Below are positions 59,934-64,000 of a stretch of 64,000 nucleotides of DNA, piece by piece. The notes beneath the pieces are model-generated. The model saw only the letters and a program-made list of their open reading frames with translations, was not told where the DNA came from and searched no databases. Position numbers and translations under genes: made by a program. Within the stretch, counting starts at the first letter, position 1. Every line of letters starts with the position of its first letter. This DNA is from an uncultured Chloroflexia bacterium (GTDB lineage: Bacteria; Chloroflexota; Limnocylindria; Limnocylindrales; CSP1-4): the NCBI GenBank assembly GCA_963748625.1, contig CAVVJT010000007.1, positions 32,001 through 96,000 on the forward strand, written 5' to 3'.

Positions 59934-61307
59934 GTGAGCTCGAAAGCGGCACTGTTTGCAGGCTTGGTGGAGTCCGTGGCTAGGCCAACCCGACTTCACA
60001 TGTATCGCTCGTACGTGGCGAGCCAATTCGAACCCGTTCACCTCCGCCGCACCCGCCAAGACGCAAACCTGGCGTCCATGTTGTCATGGGCCCAGCAGGC
60101 CGTTCCGTACTACGGACAGTTGTTCACCACGGTCGGCATCGAGCCGGGCGACATCCGGGGAGTGCCGGACTTGGCCACGCTTCCCGTGCTTACCAAGGCG
60201 ACAATAAGGGAATCCCCGGACGCGTTCTACCCTCAGACCCCACGCCGCGAGCGCTTCGTGCAAGGCAGGACGGGCGGGTCAACTGGACAGCCTCTCCGAT
60301 ACCGCATGTCGAACCAGGACTATCAGGCTGGCGTGGCGTTGATGTATCGCGGCTGGGGTTGCGGTGGCTATCGACCGGGCGACAGCACCGCGATTGTTGC
60401 CGGCGGGTCATTGATGTCCAGCTCGCCCAGCCTCTTCAGCCGGGTCAGGGACGTGATACGTAACACGCGGCATCTGAGTTCCTACGGGATGACCGAGGAA
60501 CGGATGGCCGCGTACCTTGACTTCATGTCTCGCTGGCGCCCTCTGTATGTTTATGGTTATGCATCCAGCCTATTTGCTGTGTCCCGGTATGCCCTGGATC
60601 GCGGGCTGGAACCCTATTCCTCGGTTAGGGCCGTATTCAGCACAGCAGAGTGCCTTTCTCCATCTGCGCGACAGGCAATACGTCAAGTGTTCGGATGCGA
60701 GGTGTTCGACACCTACGGCCTGAATGATGGGGGTGTCTCGGCGTACGAGTGCCCCGAGCACTCAGGATTTCACGTCGACCTCGAGCGGGCAGTTCTCGAG
60801 GTCGTTGACGACGAGGGGAGGCCGGTCGTTGGCCGACCCGGCAGGATTCTGGCCACGAGCCTGCTGAACCAAGCGATGCCATTCGTTCGGTACGAAACCG
60901 GCGATATCGGCGTGATGACGACGGAGAACTGCCCGTGTGGCCGAACCAGCCCAATGCTGTCATCCGTCCTCGGTCGACAGACTGACCTGCTGGTGATTGA
61001 CGGCGTCACCATTGGAAGTCCCGTTCTTACTGTTCTGATGGGAACCACCACGGCAGCCTGGTACCAGATTGTTCAGACGGATAGGACGAGCGTGACCTTC
61101 AGGATCGTCAACCCGGATCCAGCGACACGGCAACACGACGAGACCACCATTGTCGCGTCGCTGCGTCATCACGTGGGCGAGACCGTCCGGATAACGTTTG
61201 AGTACTTGGAGATGCCAGACGACCTCCTAGCGGGCGACAAGCATCGGTTCATCGTCAACCAGTGGTTGGAACCAGCCGATCCACGGATCGGATCAGCCAC
61301 CAACTGA
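59934..61307 (+). CDS. Phenylacetate-CoA ligase-like (CapK family) adenylate-forming protein
   Basis: LPVLTK, TGGSTGQP, YGYAS, TYGLND, AMPFVRYETGD, GRQTD. Confidence 0.85.
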   Translation: MSSKAALFAGLVESVARPTRLHMYRSYVASQFEPVHLRRTRQDANLASMLSWAQQAVPYYGQLFTTVGIEPGDIRGVPDLATLPVLTKATIRESPDAFYPQTPRRERFVQGRTGGSTGQPLRYRMSNQDYQAGVALMYRGWGCGGYRPGDSTAIVAGGSLMSSSPSLFSRVRDVIRNTRHLSSYGMTEERMAAYLDFMSRWRPLYVYGYASSLFAVSRYALDRGLEPYSSVRAVFSTAECLSPSARQAIRQVFGCEVFDTYGLNDGGVSAYECPEHSGFHVDLERAVLEVVDDEGRPVVGRPGRILATSLLNQAMPFVRYETGDIGVMTTENCPCGRTSPMLSSVLGRQTDLLVIDGVTIGSPVLTVLMGTTTAAWYQIVQTDRTSVTFRIVNPDPATRQHDETTIVASLRHHVGETVRITFEYLEMPDDLLAGDKHRFIVNQWLEPADPRIGSATN

Positions 61308-61467
61308 GCGCCCAATATCGTGTCATGGCCGAACGGGTGCTCTTCTCGCATGATCAGCACGAGGTCCCGCGAGGCCATCGATCACGCGACGTCGTGGGCT
61401 CAGCGCCGGCCAAACCTACCCTGTACCCTCATGTGCCTGGAAATGACGCCAGGGCGATCGAGGCATC

Positions 61468-62808
61468 GTGAACCTCAGAGTTGACCGGTCAACGGCCGTC
61501 GTCGCGGCTGCCGCACTGGCTGCCGGCGGCATTGTGGGGGTAACCGTCGCTGCCGTAGGCCCGGCGGTGGCGGGGAGCGTTGCGCTCGCGGTAGTAGTCC
61601 TGACATTGCTGCGGTCACCTGGCGTAGCCCTCGCCCTCTACCTCTTCATTCCGCCTTTTCTGAAGGGCTATCTCCAGCCTTTCGTGCCTGTCGACCTGAC
61701 GGCGATCTTGGGGCTCGCGTGCGCCCTCCATGTTGCATACGGGATGATCGCGAGACCAGTCAAGATCCGACACCGAGCGTTAGTCCTCTGGATTGCCCTC
61801 CTCGCAATGATCACTGTGGGTTCGCTTTACGCTCCAGACCAGAACCTCGCGTTCTCACGAGTGCTGAATTGGCTCGCCCTAGTTATGGCGCCACTTCTCG
61901 TAGTGTTCTGGGTCGCGGAGGATCAGCGCGAGGTAGAGCGGTTCATCTGGACGTGCTTGGCGGTGGCCCTGCTCGTGGTAATCCTGACCGCAGGTGAATT
62001 CTCACCATCTCAGCGGCTTGCACCGGGCACCCTATCGACGATCAACGTCGGGCGCGCTTCACTGATGGTCCCAATCATCACATTCTTCTATTTGATGCGG
62101 GACGGTCCGTCGTGGCTGCGTGGACCCCTCCTAGTGGTAACGCCGCTGGCGCTGCTCATTTCGATCGCCGCCGCAGCGAGAGGGCCGCTCCTCTTGTTCG
62201 TCGCGCTCGCGGCCGCCCTTTCGATTTGGCACTTGGCCCGTGGACATCGCCCCTCCAGCCGTGCGGTCGCAAGTCTGACGGTGTCCGTCCTATTGCTCGG
62301 CATCATCGCCACCGTCACTCCTCTTCCGTCCGTCTCCCTGGACAGCTTCGTCCGATTGGCGGCGTATGCGACGGGAGCCGGCACAACTGTCGACGGATCG
62401 ATTGAACCGCGTCTCGATGCTGCCGACCTCGCGATCTCAATCTTCGAGGATCATCCAGCAGTTGGAGCCGGCACGGGCGCATTCACGCACTACTCACAGA
62501 CGATCCCGACGTTGTCGACCATCCAGAATCCGCACAACATCGTTCTTGAGATTGCGTCCGATTGGGGGGTGATGGGCCTGGTGCTGTTTCTTGTTCTGGT
62601 CCTGGTTGCGATCCGCCAGAGACCCCCAGCATCCGTCTGGACCGCGGTGTGGGCTGTGTTCCTGTTTCTCGGGGCGAATGCGATGCTGGGTAGCTTCTTC
62701 GACTACCGCGAGTTCTGGGGGTTCGGCCTGCTCCTCCTGGCGGCACCAGTCGCAGGTCGGCCCGCGGAAGGTCTTCTAGGGGCTCCAGTGTCTAGCACTG
62801 CCAGCTGA
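61468..62808 (+). CDS. O-antigen ligase / Wzy polymerase family membrane protein
   Basis: About 12 TM; ARGP, HPAVGAGTGAF, PHNIVLEIASDWG. Confidence 0.82.
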   Translation: MNLRVDRSTAVVAAAALAAGGIVGVTVAAVGPAVAGSVALAVVVLTLLRSPGVALALYLFIPPFLKGYLQPFVPVDLTAILGLACALHVAYGMIARPVKIRHRALVLWIALLAMITVGSLYAPDQNLAFSRVLNWLALVMAPLLVVFWVAEDQREVERFIWTCLAVALLVVILTAGEFSPSQRLAPGTLSTINVGRASLMVPIITFFYLMRDGPSWLRGPLLVVTPLALLISIAAAARGPLLLFVALAAALSIWHLARGHRPSSRAVASLTVSVLLLGIIATVTPLPSVSLDSFVRLAAYATGAGTTVDGSIEPRLDAADLAISIFEDHPAVGAGTGAFTHYSQTIPTLSTIQNPHNIVLEIASDWGVMGLVLFLVLVLVAIRQRPPASVWTAVWAVFLFLGANAMLGSFFDYREFWGFGLLLLAAPVAGRPAEGLLGAPVSSTAS

Positions 62809-62942
62809 ACATCGTCGTGCCCACTGAGTTTGAGATCAGGTCGCAAGGGCAGGATGTCGCGCGTGTCGCTTGCCGTGTCCACCTCGTTGCCCCTCCTGCC
62901 TTAGGCGGGACGGCAGGAAGGCAGCAGTACCTGGGTTGAACT

Positions 62943-64000
62943 TCAAGCCTGGTGTTGAAGAGCCCTGATCTCGTGCTGGGCGGGCAGCAGGACTGCGCCG
63001 AGCGTCCCGATCAATGCAACCGCCCAAACAACACCTTGCACACCTGCCAGGGTCAGGACGAAGAGTGGCGCACTCAGGAGTAGGGCCACGCCGACATCTC
63101 GTGCAAGCCACCTAAGCGGCCCTCGGATCCCGACGCCTGCTATCTGCAGCAGCCAGAGCATGTAGCCGAACCAAAGGGCTGCGCTCGCGAGGCCAAACAA
63201 TGCGATAGCAGTCGTTGCATTCGCGAAGGCCCATCCGACAAGGAGCGTCGCCACCCGTACCGCAAGGAGGCAGATTTGGAACCCGAGTTCCGTGCGCTGC
63301 CTTTCTCGCACGAACACGAGGGTTGACAGCGGCGAGACCACGAACACGAGCAGCAGCCACGGCGCCAACCATTGTGCGTAGGTGCCTGCCTCGCGCCATG
63401 CGTCGCCAAAGAAGAAGGCGAACAATTCCGGGCCCGCGACGGCAAGCACCACCATCGGGCCTGCGCCCAGCGCCGCAAGGGCTCGGTAGACCGACCTCGT
63501 GGTCGCGGCCGTGTCGGAGTCGTCCTCGCGGCTAATCCGCGCGTAGAACACCTGGGCGACGGAAGCCCCAACGAGGGCGCTCGGTAATTGGAGCACGCGC
63601 AACGTGATCGAGAACCACCCAACAACGGTGGTGTCGAACATGGCGGCGAGCAGAAGCACTGGAGCCTGTGTGCTTGCCGTGTTCAGGAGCGCGGCCCAGA
63701 GCGTGTACAGTGGGAATCGCCGGTAGCGAGAAGCGACACCTCTAAGGCGGCGAAGAGATGTCCCTCTCATGCTCGCGCGACGCGTTGAGCCGAGCGTCCC
63801 GACGAACATCAAGATGCCACCTGCTCGGCCAAGCAGGTATCCAAGGATGAGCCCCAGCACGCCGGTCCCGGCCATGCCAAACCCGATCTGACCAGCCATC
63901 TGGGCGCCACCCGATGCCATGCTGGATCGCGCGCTCGCCCCGAAGGCAGCAATGCGGGTGGCCCAGAATGTCAAGGACTGCTGAATGGCGGTAGAGAAGA
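62943..64000 (-). CDS. Wzx-type oligosaccharide flippase, 5'-truncated by the window edge
   Basis: YRRFPLY, GWFSITLRVLQLP, AQVFY, FFGDAWREAG; multi-TM. Confidence 0.85.
   Translation of the reverse strand, partial: FSTAIQQSLTFWATRIAAFGASARSSMASGGAQMAGQIGFGMAGTGVLGLILGYLLGRAGGILMFVGTLGSTRRASMRGTSLRRLRGVASRYRRFPLYTLWAALLNTASTQAPVLLLAAMFDTTVVGWFSITLRVLQLPSALVGASVAQVFYARISREDDSDTAATTRSVYRALAALGAGPMVVLAVAGPELFAFFFGDAWREAGTYAQWLAPWLLLVFVVSPLSTLVFVRERQRTELGFQICLLAVRVATLLVGWAFANATTAIALFGLASAALWFGYMLWLLQIAGVGIRGPLRWLARDVGVALLLSAPLFVLTLAGVQGVVWAVALIGTLGAVLLPAQHEIRALQHQA

Overview
Very GC-rich bacterial chromosomal window of about 58 CDS. Gene content suggests a monoderm soil or sediment organism, possibly Chloroflexota; this is inference only. 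I found no rRNA, tRNA, CRISPR array, transposase or integrase. Left to right: three PLP enzymes (aminotransferase, MetC-like lyase, group II decarboxylase); a membrane/lipid cluster (DUF6325, SHOCT, holin-like::ABC1 kinase fusion, DAG kinase, CASTOR/POLLUX-like channel); an NrtR-PnuC-NadR-(ADP-ribosylhydrolase::phosphatase) operon with a clear promoter/operator; a PucR regulator with two membrane proteins and mtnA; an operon of an Asp-less, Cys-rich NarL-type regulator, hexaheme cytochrome c, NrfC-like, NrfD-like and pentaheme cytochrome c; pip, an aldo/keto reductase, preA, an NCS1 permease, an ArsB/NhaD transporter and an SF2 helicase; a 7-gene Hyf/Ehr-type membrane complex whose large subunit keeps all four NiFe cysteines, with a divergent ArsR; lipoproteins, DegV, DUF2723 and YbaK; and a lower-GC exopolysaccharide locus running off the right edge. 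Many genes carry small frameshifts, most likely long-read errors. Best leads: (1) the Cys-rich pseudo-receiver regulator in the multiheme/NrfCD operon; (2) the Ehr-like complex with an intact NiFe site; (3) the NAD/ADP-ribose operon; (4) a 113-bp palindromic-ended element present twice; (5) an apparent ATC start for asnB. All family calls come from motif recognition by eye, not database searches.
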